Source of the DNA: Alphaproteobacteria bacterium
Lineage (GTDB): Bacteria > Pseudomonadota > Alphaproteobacteria > CALKHQ01
Assembly: GCA_965227515.1 (NCBI GenBank)
Contig: CBDDFZ010000002.1
Coordinates: 128,001-192,000, forward strand
Length of the DNA stretch: 64,000 nt
Direction: 5' to 3'
Notes under the pieces: generated by a model
Told to the model about the DNA's origin: nothing
Seen by the model: only the letters and a program-made list of their open reading frames with translations
Databases searched by the model: none
Shown: one piece after another, positions 10,223 to 19,789 of the stretch
Position numbering within the stretch: the stretch's first letter is position 1
How the letters are laid out: each line of letters opens with the position of its first letter
Program-made: the position numbers and the translations under genes

Positions 10223-11074
10223 ATGAACCAGGTCATAGCCCATAAGACGCCATGCGTGCTGGCCCATGGCGCGGAGATACCGGCAATCGGACTCGGCACT
10301 TATCCCATGCGCGGCGAACGTTGCGTCGCCGCGGTCGAGACCGCGCTCGTCTACGGCTACAGGCATATCGACACGGCATCCGGCTATCAGAACGAGGCCG
10401 AGGTCGGACAGGGCATCCGCGGCGCTGGCATCCCGCGCGAGGACATATTCGTCACCACCAAGATCACGCCATGGGACCTGGCGGAGGGTGACATGCAAAG
10501 GGCCGTTGAACGGAGCCTCAAGGCACTGGGGCTCGACGTCGCCGACCTGATCCTGATCCATTGGCCCTCGCGCACCATCCCTGCGGCCGAAACGGTGCGC
10601 ACGCTCAACGACGTCAAGCGCCGGGGGCTGGCGCGCCACATCGGCGTCTCCAACTACACGGTGGCGTTGCTTGAGGAAGCGTGGGCCGCGACCGAGGAAC
10701 CGCTGGCGGTGAACCAGTGCGAGTTCCATCCCTATCTCGACCAGCAACGACTACGCGCGGCGTGTCGCGCGCGCGGCATGGCGTTCACCGCCTATGCCCC
10801 GCTCGGCCAGGGCGCCGAACTGAAGGACCCGGCGGTGACTGGAATCGCCAGGGCGCTCGGCCGCACGCCGGCGCAGGTGTTGCTGCGCTGGGCCTTGCAG
10901 CACGAGGGAACGTGCGCAATTCCGAAGAGTGCGACGCCAAGCCGTATCCGAGAGAACCTGGCCGTGTTCGACTTCAGCCTATCGGCGGAACAGATGGACG
11001 TGTTGTCGGGGTTGGCGCGGCCGGGCAGCCGCATCATCGCAGATCCGGATTTGGCGCCAGCATGGGACGAGTGA
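10223..11074 (+). CDS. Aldo/keto reductase (DkgA/DkgB-like)
   Basis: IGLGTY; catalytic tetrad in IDTASGY, VTTK and IHWP; IGVSNY; IPKS. Confidence 0.92.
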   Translation: MNQVIAHKTPCVLAHGAEIPAIGLGTYPMRGERCVAAVETALVYGYRHIDTASGYQNEAEVGQGIRGAGIPREDIFVTTKITPWDLAEGDMQRAVERSLKALGLDVADLILIHWPSRTIPAAETVRTLNDVKRRGLARHIGVSNYTVALLEEAWAATEEPLAVNQCEFHPYLDQQRLRAACRARGMAFTAYAPLGQGAELKDPAVTGIARALGRTPAQVLLRWALQHEGTCAIPKSATPSRIRENLAVFDFSLSAEQMDVLSGLARPGSRIIADPDLAPAWDE

Positions 11075-11087
11075 TGGAGCGCGCTCG

Positions 11088-12992
11088 TCAGGTTTCCGGC
11101 AGCCACACCCGCATTTCACCTGGGCCGCGATTGCACCACAGGTAGTAGGGGATCGCGGTGAGCCTGGCGGGCACCAGCCGGGCCGGCGAGTCGCGATAGA
11201 GCGAACTGTCCCATTCGCTGCCATCCGCCAGCGCACCGTCGACCGTGATGGCAACCGCGCCGTCGAACAGCTCTGCGTGCACGGCGGCGTCTGCCTTTGC
11301 GTCGCGCGGCACCCGCGCAAGCGCAAGCGCTATGTCGTGATTGTCGGCGTGCTCCACGCAATAGACCAATGGGCCGCGCTTCAGGCACACCCGTCCGGCA
11401 TCCGCCCCGACACTGGGATGAGCGTATACACGGGTGACCGGCATCGGCAGGTCGAGCGCGACGCGGTCGCCGGGCTGCCATTCCCGCTGAATGGTGAGAT
11501 AGCCGTTGTGGAGGTTTGGCGCCATGTCCACAGGCGCGCCGTTGACCGAGGCCGTGGCCCCCTCGGCCCATCCCGGAATGCGTAGTTTGAGTGCGAAGTC
11601 GAGCGCTGCTTCGAGCTCCATCGTGATCGAGATGTCCCCAGACCAGGGATAGGTGCTCTCTTCCACCAACGTCACCGGTGTGTCGCCGATCTTGAGGTGC
11701 GCGCGGGTACCGCCGTAGATGTGGATCGCAATGCTGTCGGCGCTGGTCGAGTAGAAATAGCCGCTGACAGAGGCGATCAGCCGCGAGGCGTTCATGGTGC
11801 AGCACGGGCAAGGATGCCACGCCCAGCGGCTGTGGCTGCCATCGCTTTCCAGCTTGTTGTCGTAGAAATAGTGCTCGCCGTCGCGGGCCAGCCCGCTCAT
11901 CGTGTTGTTGAACAGGGCGAGCTCCAGGACATCGGCATAAGCGCCGTCGAGGTCCAGATTCAGCATGCGTTGCGCCCAGAAGATCATCGCCACCGACGCG
12001 CAGGTCTCCGCGTAGGCGGTGTCGTTGGGCAGGTCGTAGTCGGCGGTGAAGCCCTCGTTGTCGGCGGATGGCCCGAACCCGCCGGTGATGTACATGCGCG
12101 CCCGGGTCACGTCCTGCCACAGCACTTCGCAGGCGCGCTTCAGGCTTTCGTCGCCCAGGTCGGCGGCGAGGTCGGCCATGGCGGTGTACATGTACATGGC
12201 GCGCACGGCGTGCCCCACAACCTTGGTCTGCTCGCGCACCGGCTTGTGCGCCTGACCGTATTCGTAGGTGCCGGCCCAATAATCTGCCGGATCGGCTCCG
12301 CGCGCCCGCGCTTCAAGGTCGAAATAGTGCGGTGAGCTGCCACGCTCGTCGATGAAGTACGCGGCCAGGTCCAACCGCCGCCGGTCGCCGGTCAGGTGGT
12401 AGAGCTTGATCAGCGCGATCTCGATCTCCTGATGGCCGGGATAGCCGCGCTTCTGCCCCTCGCCATGCCCGAACACCTCGCCAATGTGGTCGATATAGCG
12501 CTCCATGATGTCGAGCAGGCGCCGGCGGCCGGTGGCCTGGAAATAGGCGATCGCACCTTCCAGCAGGTGGCCGGCGCAATAGAGCTCGTGGTTGTCGCGC
12601 AGATTGGTCCAGCGGTTCTCCGGCTCGCGCGACAGGTACCAGCAGTTGAGATAGCCGTTGGGTTCCTGCGTTTCGGCCAGCGTCTCGGCGATCTCGTCGA
12701 TGCGGCGCTCTATCTCCGCATCGCGTCGATGATGCAGCGCGTAGCTGGCGGCTTCGATCCATTTGCCGACATCGGAATCCCAGAAGATCTGGGTGGTGAA
12801 GTTCTTGTTGTTGCGTGGAATGCGCAGTGGCGGCGCCGGCCGGGGCGCGGTGAGCGAGTCGAGGATGCCGTACTCCTGCAGTTTCACGTACTGGCTCGGG
12901 ATCGTGCGCGTCAGCACCGTCTCCAGGCGTTCCCGCCAGAAGGCGCCGGTCAGGTCGACCGCAGTGAAGTTGGCTGGCATGTAGGTTCGCAT
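11088..12992 (-). CDS. Glycoside hydrolase family 127 (beta-L-arabinofuranosidase-like)
   Basis: FWDSDVGKWIEA, HELYCAGHL, GHQEIE, GHAVRAMY, YAETCASV and CPCC Zn/Cys motifs; no signal peptide. Confidence 0.93.
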   Translation of the reverse strand: MRTYMPANFTAVDLTGAFWRERLETVLTRTIPSQYVKLQEYGILDSLTAPRPAPPLRIPRNNKNFTTQIFWDSDVGKWIEAASYALHHRRDAEIERRIDEIAETLAETQEPNGYLNCWYLSREPENRWTNLRDNHELYCAGHLLEGAIAYFQATGRRRLLDIMERYIDHIGEVFGHGEGQKRGYPGHQEIEIALIKLYHLTGDRRRLDLAAYFIDERGSSPHYFDLEARARGADPADYWAGTYEYGQAHKPVREQTKVVGHAVRAMYMYTAMADLAADLGDESLKRACEVLWQDVTRARMYITGGFGPSADNEGFTADYDLPNDTAYAETCASVAMIFWAQRMLNLDLDGAYADVLELALFNNTMSGLARDGEHYFYDNKLESDGSHSRWAWHPCPCCTMNASRLIASVSGYFYSTSADSIAIHIYGGTRAHLKIGDTPVTLVEESTYPWSGDISITMELEAALDFALKLRIPGWAEGATASVNGAPVDMAPNLHNGYLTIQREWQPGDRVALDLPMPVTRVYAHPSVGADAGRVCLKRGPLVYCVEHADNHDIALALARVPRDAKADAAVHAELFDGAVAITVDGALADGSEWDSSLYRDSPARLVPARLTAIPYYLWCNRGPGEMRVWLPET

Positions 12993-13024
12993 GGAGCAGG
13001 CTCCGGTTGGCTGAACGTTGGCGG

Positions 13025-14098
13025 TCAGGCGCGGCGGCCGCCGCAGGATTCGCGCACGACCAGGGTGCAGGGCATGCGGCTGACGCCGCTGAAGTGCTCG
13101 CCGCGGATCATCTTCAGCAACCGTTGGCCCGCTTCCCGGCCGAGGTCTGCCAGGTTCATGTCGACGCTGGTCAGTGCGGGCCGCGCGGCGTCGGTCATCA
13201 CCGTCCAGTTGTCGAAGCCCACGATGGCAACGTCGCCGGGCACGGCGATGCCGCGCTCGCGCAGCGCCTCCGCCGCACCGCGCGCAATCTGGTCGTTGCC
13301 GCAGAACAGGGCGTCGGGCGGCCGATCGGATGACCCGAATAGCTCGGTGACGGCCTCGCGCGCCCACGCTTCCGACCACACGCCGGGCATGTAGAACGCG
13401 TCGGGCACAGCGATGTCCGCGTCAGCCAGGGTCTTTTGCCAACCGGCACGGCGCAGCCGAACCGCCTCGAAGCCCTCCGGCCCGGTCAGGTGGGCGATAC
13501 GTTTCCGGCCGAGCCCGACCAAATGCTGTGTCGCCAGTGCGGCACCGCCCTCATCGTCGGGCAGCAGCGAGAAGGCGTTGGGGTCGTCGGACTGGGCGAA
13601 AACATTGATGACAGGCAGGCCGGTGATGCCAAGGTCGACATATGGCCGGCGGTCGGCACGACGGGCGGTGAACACCAGCCCATCGACCCGCTTGCGCAGC
13701 AACTGCTCCAGATGCTGGCTCTCGCGCTCCGGGTCGTCGGTGGCGTTGCACATGAACACCGCGATGCCCTCGTCGGCCAGCGTCGCCTCCAGACCTTCCA
13801 AGATCGGCATCGTGAACCGGCCGAAACTGTCATTGGAAATCAGACCGACGGTGTAGCTGTGCGCGCGGTGCAGGCTCTGCGCCAGGCTGTTTGGGCGAAA
13901 CCCGATTTCCGCGGCGACTTCGGCGATGCGGTCGCGGGTTTCCTGTTTCAGGCTGCCGCTGTTGTTGAGCGCCTTCGAAACGGTGCCGATGCTGACCTTG
14001 GCAAGCCGTGCCACGTCGCGGATCGTCGGCCCCGGCCGGGTCGGCCGGCTGCCGCGTCCGCCGCGCGGCGGCTCATCTCCGTTCTCGGTATCCATCAT
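13025..14098 (-). CDS. LacI-family transcriptional regulator
   Basis: TIRDVARLAKVSIGTVSKALN HTH; FRPNSLAQSL hinge; VGFDN; ATGA overlap with the upstream permease. Confidence 0.95.
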   Translation of the reverse strand: MMDTENGDEPPRGGRGSRPTRPGPTIRDVARLAKVSIGTVSKALNNSGSLKQETRDRIAEVAAEIGFRPNSLAQSLHRAHSYTVGLISNDSFGRFTMPILEGLEATLADEGIAVFMCNATDDPERESQHLEQLLRKRVDGLVFTARRADRRPYVDLGITGLPVINVFAQSDDPNAFSLLPDDEGGAALATQHLVGLGRKRIAHLTGPEGFEAVRLRRAGWQKTLADADIAVPDAFYMPGVWSEAWAREAVTELFGSSDRPPDALFCGNDQIARGAAEALRERGIAVPGDVAIVGFDNWTVMTDAARPALTSVDMNLADLGREAGQRLLKMIRGEHFSGVSRMPCTLVVRESCGGRRA

Positions 14099-15006
14099 TT
14101 CACCGCACCGCTGAGGAAACCGGAGACGTAGTACCTCTGGAGCAGCAGGTAAAACAGCACGCAGGGAATGATCGAGACGAACACGCCGGCTTCCAACATG
14201 CCCCAGTCGGTGCCGCCGAGGATGGTCTGTTGCCGCGCTGTCGATAGTGCCAGCGGAAGCGTGAAGGCGTCGCCCCGGTTCATGATCACCAGCGCGGCCA
14301 GGAACTCGTTCCACGACATGATGAAGGCGAACAGCGAGACGGTGACGATGGCTGGCTTGATCGCCGGCAAGTAGATGCGCAGCAGGAGCTGGAAGCTGCC
14401 GGCGCCGTCGACAACGGCCGCCTCCTCCAGTTCTCGCGGCACCGCCTCGAAGCTGTTGCGCATGATGTAGACGCTGAACGGAATCTGCACCGCAGTGTGC
14501 ACGATCGCCAGCCCGACGAGCGAGTTCTGCAGCCCGATCTCGGCGAACATGAAGAATATCGGCGTCAGCAGTGCCTGGTAGGGGATGATCAGCGCCAGCA
14601 GCAGGACGACGAACAGCCCCTCCTTGAACGGGATCGGGAAGCGGGCCAGCGCATAGCCGGCCGGGATGGTCAGCGCCAGGCAGAACACGATAGTGAGTAG
14701 TGCCGCGCCGCCGCTGTTGGCCAGGTAGGTGAGCAGGCCGGCCTGGTAATTCCACAGCCGATCGTAGGCATCGATGTCGAAGGTCTCGGCGACGTAGGTC
14801 GGTGGTGTGCGGTTGGCTTCCTCGGTCGTCTTGACCGAGGCCATCAGCGCGAAGAACAACGGCGCGATCATCACTGCGCAGACCGCCATGCAGACCGCAC
14901 CCAATAGCAGCCGAGTCCGCGCTTCGCATAGGCGCACCCAAAGCCTCCGCAGGTCGAGGCCATCGGCGCGTTGCCCCTGCAGTTCGTGATGCACGGCGCT
15001 GCTCAT
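14095..15006 (-). CDS. Carbohydrate ABC transporter permease (MalG-like)
   Basis: LEEAAVVDGA loop; SWNEF motif; ATGA overlap. Confidence 0.9.
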   Translation of the reverse strand: MSSAVHHELQGQRADGLDLRRLWVRLCEARTRLLLGAVCMAVCAVMIAPLFFALMASVKTTEEANRTPPTYVAETFDIDAYDRLWNYQAGLLTYLANSGGAALLTIVFCLALTIPAGYALARFPIPFKEGLFVVLLLALIIPYQALLTPIFFMFAEIGLQNSLVGLAIVHTAVQIPFSVYIMRNSFEAVPRELEEAAVVDGAGSFQLLLRIYLPAIKPAIVTVSLFAFIMSWNEFLAALVIMNRGDAFTLPLALSTARQQTILGGTDWGMLEAGVFVSIIPCVLFYLLLQRYYVSGFLSGAVK

Positions 15007-15878
15007 CCGCGCGCCCGCTTGCTCAGGAAGATCTGCAGGACCGTGAAGCACAGGATGACGGCGGCCAGGATCAGCGACAGGGCGGAGCCGTAGCCGAGCT
15101 TCAGGAACGGGAAGGCATTGAGGTAGATGTGGAACACCGATGTCGCGGTCTCGTTGAACGGCTGGCCGGCGGTCATGATGTAGAACTGGTCGAACGCGAG
15201 CAGCGAGCCGATGGCGCTGACCAGGGTGACCAGCAGCACGGTCTTCAGCGTCAGCGGCAGAATGATGGACCACACGCGCCGCCAGTAGGACGCACCGTCG
15301 ACCAGCGCCGCCTCGGTGATCTCGCTCGGGATCGCGTGGATGGCGGCAACGAACAACAGCATGCCGAAGCCAACGACCTTCCACACCACCGAAACGATCA
15401 CCGCCCACAGGGAGGTGTCGGCATCGGCGCCGAACCAGATGATGGGCTGGTCGACGATGCCCAGGTCGACCAGCATGCGGTTGATCAGCCCGAAGTCGTA
15501 GCTGAACAGCCAGTACCAGAGCAGGCTGGAGATCGAGAGCCCGATCACCACCGGCACGAAGACGACGGCACGGGTGAACTTGCGCAGAGGCGTGTTGCGC
15601 GCGGTCAACAGGGCCAGCAGGTAGCCGAGGATCATCAGGATCGGCGTGATCAGCAACGTGTACGTGAGGGTGAACCAAAGAGAGACCCAAAACTGGCGTT
15701 CGTTAAACGCCTTCTCGAAATTGCCGAGGCCGATGAACGTCTCCTCCTCCATCAACGGCCATTTGTGCAGCGACATCCAGCCCATCTGGATCAGCGGGTA
15801 GACCGTGAACGCCAGCACGAACAGCAGTGCCGGCGCCAGGTACAGTAGCCCGATCCATTTGCTCTTGCTGGCGTACAC
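15003..15878 (-). CDS. Carbohydrate ABC transporter permease (MalF-like)
   Basis: EAALVDGA loop; TM pattern. Confidence 0.9.
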   Translation of the reverse strand: MYASKSKWIGLLYLAPALLFVLAFTVYPLIQMGWMSLHKWPLMEEETFIGLGNFEKAFNERQFWVSLWFTLTYTLLITPILMILGYLLALLTARNTPLRKFTRAVVFVPVVIGLSISSLLWYWLFSYDFGLINRMLVDLGIVDQPIIWFGADADTSLWAVIVSVVWKVVGFGMLLFVAAIHAIPSEITEAALVDGASYWRRVWSIILPLTLKTVLLVTLVSAIGSLLAFDQFYIMTAGQPFNETATSVFHIYLNAFPFLKLGYGSALSLILAAVILCFTVLQIFLSKRARG

Positions 15879-15908
15879 GTAGGCCCCTCGATTGCGTGCG
15901 CGTCAGGC

Positions 15909-15934
15909 GCCGGCGCCAAGGTGGTGGCGCCGGC
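15909..15934. terminator. GC-rich hairpin between SBP and permease (mRNA stabiliser or attenuator)
   Basis: gccggcgcca-aggtgg-tggcgccggc stem-loop just downstream of the SBP stop; no U-tract. Confidence 0.5.
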
Positions 15935-15958
15935 CCTGGACGGTTCAGACGACTGCGG

Positions 15959-17215
15959 CTATTCGGCCATGATGGCGCGCATCTGCTCCTTGGCGTCGGC
16001 GATAATCTCGTCGATCGGATCGTCGGTGTAGTACGCGCGTTGCAGCATCTGCAGCCACGGGCCTTGCGGCGAGTTGATCAGTTCGAAGAACTTGAGGGTG
16101 TAGGGCGTCTGCGCCACCGCGATGGCCTCGGCCACGTTCTGCACCCGCGGGTCGGAGCGGAAATACTCGTTGTCGGCCATGTCGGACCGGGTGGTCATGT
16201 TCAGGACGGCGGCATAGCCCTCGATCTGGACCTCGTCGGTCAGCAGCCACTTCATGAAGTCGATGGCGTCGTCGACCCGGTCGCTGCCGTTCGGGATCAC
16301 GACGATGTCGCCGCCGGCGAACGAGGACGCGGAGCGGGGCTCGACGCCGGGCAGGGTGGTGACGCCGAAGTCCATCTCCGGGTTCTGCTCCATCGCCAGC
16401 GTGATGTTGAAGTTGCCGGTGCCCATCATGCCGATTTTGCCGGTGCCGAACTGCAGGATGAACGTCTCGCCGGTTTCCGACCGCGCCGCCGGGTTGACGT
16501 TGCCGTCGGCAATCATCTGGCGCGCCCATGCCAGCACCTGCGCGACGCCCTCGCCGGTCAACGGCTCGTCATCGGCGTCCTGCGGCGCGATCTTTGCGCC
16601 TGATGCCCACATCAGCGGGCCGACAGTGAAGATGTTGCAGCCGGCGCACGACCCCGGCAGGTAGTATCCGTAGATGTCGTCACCCAGTGCGCTGATCTGT
16701 GCCGCGTATTCGGCAATCTCGGCCAAGCTGTCCGGCGGATCCTCCGGGTCCAGCCCGGCCTCTCGAAACAGGTCCTTGTTGTAGAACAGCGCCGACACGT
16801 CGGCATAGAGCGGCACGCCGTAGAGCCGGCCCTCGTAAGTCGAGACCGCCATGTGGCCGGGGCTCGCGGTCTTCAGGTTCGGGTCATCGCCGATCAGGTC
16901 GGTGATGTCGACAAGCTGGCCTGCAGCCTCGAACTGCGGGCCGTAGATCAGGTCCAGGCCCATCAGGTCCGGCGGGTCGCCCGCGGCGATCGCCTGCGCC
17001 AACTTCGGCACCATTTCCGCGTGTGGGATGTAGGTGAGCTCGATGGGTCGGTCCGGGTTGGCCTCGTTCCACATCGCGGCCAACCGGTCGGTCATTGGCG
17101 CGTTACCGCCGGTCCGCTCCCAAAACACCAGTGGTTCCTGCGCCAGCGCCGGCAGCGTCAGCAATCCGGCCAGGCCCCCAAGCACCGCAAGTCCGAGTCT
17201 CTTATTCGCACCCAT
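15959..17215 (-). CDS. CUT1 sugar ABC transporter substrate-binding protein
   Basis: GGGAGGA RBS before ATG 17215; Sec signal ending ALA; LYGVPLYADVSALFYNKDLF motif. Confidence 0.9.
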   Translation of the reverse strand: MGANKRLGLAVLGGLAGLLTLPALAQEPLVFWERTGGNAPMTDRLAAMWNEANPDRPIELTYIPHAEMVPKLAQAIAAGDPPDLMGLDLIYGPQFEAAGQLVDITDLIGDDPNLKTASPGHMAVSTYEGRLYGVPLYADVSALFYNKDLFREAGLDPEDPPDSLAEIAEYAAQISALGDDIYGYYLPGSCAGCNIFTVGPLMWASGAKIAPQDADDEPLTGEGVAQVLAWARQMIADGNVNPAARSETGETFILQFGTGKIGMMGTGNFNITLAMEQNPEMDFGVTTLPGVEPRSASSFAGGDIVVIPNGSDRVDDAIDFMKWLLTDEVQIEGYAAVLNMTTRSDMADNEYFRSDPRVQNVAEAIAVAQTPYTLKFFELINSPQGPWLQMLQRAYYTDDPIDEIIADAKEQMRAIMAE

Positions 17216-17340
17216 GTCCATTCCTCCCATTGCCGTTGTGCCCATTACGGTTCTGCCGGGGTCGTTCTTTGCGCCCCGATTTCCCGGCGAGCCGTCTCGC
17301 CCGCCGTTGCTGCCTTGCCCCAGCCATGCGAGAGCATGAT

Positions 17341-17356
17341 TAGGAAAACGTTTTCC
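17341..17356. promoter_or_regulatory. LacI-family operator, second copy
   Basis: TAGGAAAACGTTTTCC is identical to 6998-7013 and lies upstream of the minus-strand ABC/LacI/GH127 operon. Confidence 0.85.
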
Positions 17357-17420
17357 CGAGAGATTAGGCCATATCGAAGCGGCATGCGCAAGAGAGATGT
17401 CGAGCCAGGAGGACGTCGCG

Positions 17421-17945
17421 TGACCTGCCCCCGTTAACCGGATCCAGGGGCTGCATTAGAGGATAGCTCCTGGGTCGCACTGGAAGGGAGCTAAGGCATG
17501 GCCAAGTGACGTTCTGTTGAACAGATCATCCACGATATTCGCGAGGCGGATGTGCTGCTGTCGCGGGGTCAGACTGTCGGTGAGGTTTGCCGTCGGCTCG
17601 GTGTTTCCGAACAGAGCTACTACCGATGGCGCAAGGAGTATGGCCTGTATGGCTACCGCCGGATGACGGCTCTGCTGGGTGCCGAGGGCTGGCACGTGAA
17701 CCACAAGCGGGTTGAGCGTATCTGGCGGTGTGAGGGGCTGAAGGGCCCGCAGAAGCAGCCGAAGCGGGGCCGGCGGTGGCTGAACGATGGATCGCGCATC
17801 CGTCTGCGGCCATGCTGGTGCAATCATGTTTGGGCGTATGACTTCGTGCAGGGCCGAACGCACGATGGCCGGGCGTTCCGGATGCTGACAGTGATCGACG
17901 AGTTCACCCGGGAGTGTCTGGCGATCGAGGTCGCGCGGCGCTTGC
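17421..17945 (+). mobile_element. IS3-family (IS407-group-like) remnant, internally deleted and right-truncated
   Basis: Left end TGACCTGCCCCC; orfA ATG at 17498 has TGA at codon 4; orfA motif GVSEQSYYRWRKEYG joined directly to orfB YGYRR..VNHKRVERIW..NHVWAYDF..DGR.FR.LTVIDEFTRECLA; rest of the DDE domain and right IR absent. Confidence 0.9.
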
Positions 17946-18187
17946 GCCGCCGGGCTTACTGCCCGAGCGGCGGCACGGATGCTGTAACGGAGGTCCGCGC
18001 TGGCTTCCGGGACCAAGCCGTCAAGAAGCAGCGCATCGAGGCGTTCCGCACGGGCGAGCATGGTGGCCGCGGCGGTCGATTGTTCGGCAAGCGCAACGGC
18101 GTCATTGCGCAGGCGATCCGGCCAGCGGGCGGGATCGGCGCCGTGCGTGTCGAGCAAGTGGCGAAAGGTATCGAGATCCATGGTCAT
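17935..18187 (-). pseudogene. Putative anti-sigma factor, 3' end lost at the IS3 junction
   Basis: MTMDLDTFRHLLDTHGADPARWP resembles the small proteins encoded after alphaproteobacterial ECF sigmas; ATGA-coupled to the sigma gene; after about 84 codons the frame runs into antisense IS3 sequence with no TM helix. Confidence 0.7.
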
Positions 18188-18738
18188 GCCTCGACGTTCA
18201 ACAATTTGGCGCGAAGGGAGCGGCGCGCGCGTGCGAGCAGCTGTTCGACGGCGCCGACGGTGACGCCCAGTGTCGCCGCGGCCTCGGCATTGGAGGCGCC
18301 GGCGCCTTAGACCAGGGCGACGGCTGCCTGCTGACGCTCCGGAAGCACGGATACGGCCGCGGCAACGTCGCGTTCCTCCTCGGCCGACACTAGCAGCGCT
18401 TCCTGGTTGGCACTCTCGTCAGCCGGCTCGCTTACCTGGTCGAGCGCGACGCCCGAAGGCCGGCGTTTCAGGTCCAGGCACTGGTTCACAACGACCCTCC
18501 AGAGCCAAGTAGAGAACGCACCGCGACCGGGTCGCCAGCGTTCAGCCTTGCGCCAGATTTTGAGGAACACTTCCTGCACCGTATCCTCCGCGTCAGCCCG
18601 GGATCCCAGCATGCGCTGCGCCAATCGCAACGTGCGATCAAGGTGTCGGTCGACAAGCATGCCGAAGGCCCGATCGTCGCCATCGACGATCATCGCCATC
18701 AGCGCTTCATCCGTTTCGGCATCGTTTGTATGTGCCAC
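18184..18738 (-). pseudogene. ECF sigma-70 factor with an in-frame TAA in region 4
   Basis: Region 2 DAEDTVQEVFLKIW..FSTWLWRVVVNQCLD; LPERQQAAVALV then TAA (18307-18309), after which the same frame continues GAGASNAEAAATLGVTVGAVEQLLARARRSLR to TGA at 18184. Confidence 0.88.
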
Positions 18739-18978
18739 ATGTGACCCTTGTTACGCGCCAACTCGATTGAGCAAGCCGGGACGATTTGTGGTGCCTCGTA
18801 CGTTGCTTGTCTGGAGAAGGCAGACATGGGCAAAGTCCGTACATCATTGAACGGACCGACGCGGCAAACCTGACGCGCGACGTTGTATTTTCTTTCTCGG
18901 ACAGGTTTCCCGCCCGCTCCCTGGCCCGTTGAGGGCCACTCTCCGGCATCGGGCAATGCGGCTACACGGGCGTGTCTG

Positions 18979-19749
18979 TCAAGTGATATCCACCAACTTC
19001 TCCGCAGCGCAGCGCAGGTGCGGCAGGAAGTTGCGCAAGATGTGCGACTTGGAGATCCGCGCCGAGTGCGCGCTGATATTGAGCGCCGCCACCACGTTCC
19101 CGGCGCGGTTGCGCACCGGCACTGCCAGCGATCGCAGCCCTGGCTCTAGCTCCTGATCAACCAATGAATATCCGTGCCGACGCACCATCCTCAATCGCTC
19201 GTGCAAGTCCTCCGCCGTCGAGATGGTCCGGCGGGTGTAGGCGGGGAGGCCGTAGGTCTCGATGAAGGTGTCGACTGCCGGGTCCGGGTGCGCCGCCAGC
19301 AGCACCTGTCCCATCGACGTGGCATGCGCTGGCAGCCGCGCGCCCGCATGCAGGGCCACCGACATCAGCCGATGCGGCGCCGACGACCGGCAGACATAGA
19401 CCACCTCGCCGCCATCGAGCACGGCGACACTGCTCGATTCCCGGGTCTGCCGCGTCACCTCCTCCAGATAGTGCCGTGCCAAATCCCAAAAGCTGAGCGA
19501 CGACAGATAGGCGTGGCCCAGCGTCAACACCTTCGGGGTCAGGCGAAAGTGCTTGCTGTCGCCGGTGACATAGCCAAGCGTCTTGAGCGTCAGCAGGAAG
19601 CGTCGGGCGGTCGCGCGCGAGAACCCGGTCTTGTTGGCGATATCGCTGACCGTCAGGCTGTCGGCCTGGTCGCCGAAGCAGCGGATAACCTCCAGCCCCT
19701 TGGCCAGGGATGCCACGAAGGTCGAGCTGTCGGAAGCGATGTCGGACAT
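18979..19749 (-). CDS. IclR-family regulator, PcaR/PcaU/PobR-like
   Basis: FVASLAKGLEVI, SRATARRFLLTL..LGYV, F.LTPKVL.LG, G.RLPAHATSMG, DQELE.GLRSLAVP. Confidence 0.92.
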   Translation of the reverse strand: MSDIASDSSTFVASLAKGLEVIRCFGDQADSLTVSDIANKTGFSRATARRFLLTLKTLGYVTGDSKHFRLTPKVLTLGHAYLSSLSFWDLARHYLEEVTRQTRESSSVAVLDGGEVVYVCRSSAPHRLMSVALHAGARLPAHATSMGQVLLAAHPDPAVDTFIETYGLPAYTRRTISTAEDLHERLRMVRRHGYSLVDQELEPGLRSLAVPVRNRAGNVVAALNISAHSARISKSHILRNFLPHLRCAAEKLVDIT

Positions 19750-19789
19750 GATTATACGGGCCTGCCAGGTCGCGGCGAAATCGCCATTC

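Noticed and set aside
17456-18187. 243-aa ORF as an intact novel protein
   Set aside because: Chimera of the anti-sigma N-terminus and antisense IS3 sequence
18307-18309. Programmed readthrough or recoding of the sigma factor stop
   Set aside because: The codon is TAA with no evident recoding signal, and neighbouring genes are also decayed, so a nonsense mutation or sequencing error is simpler
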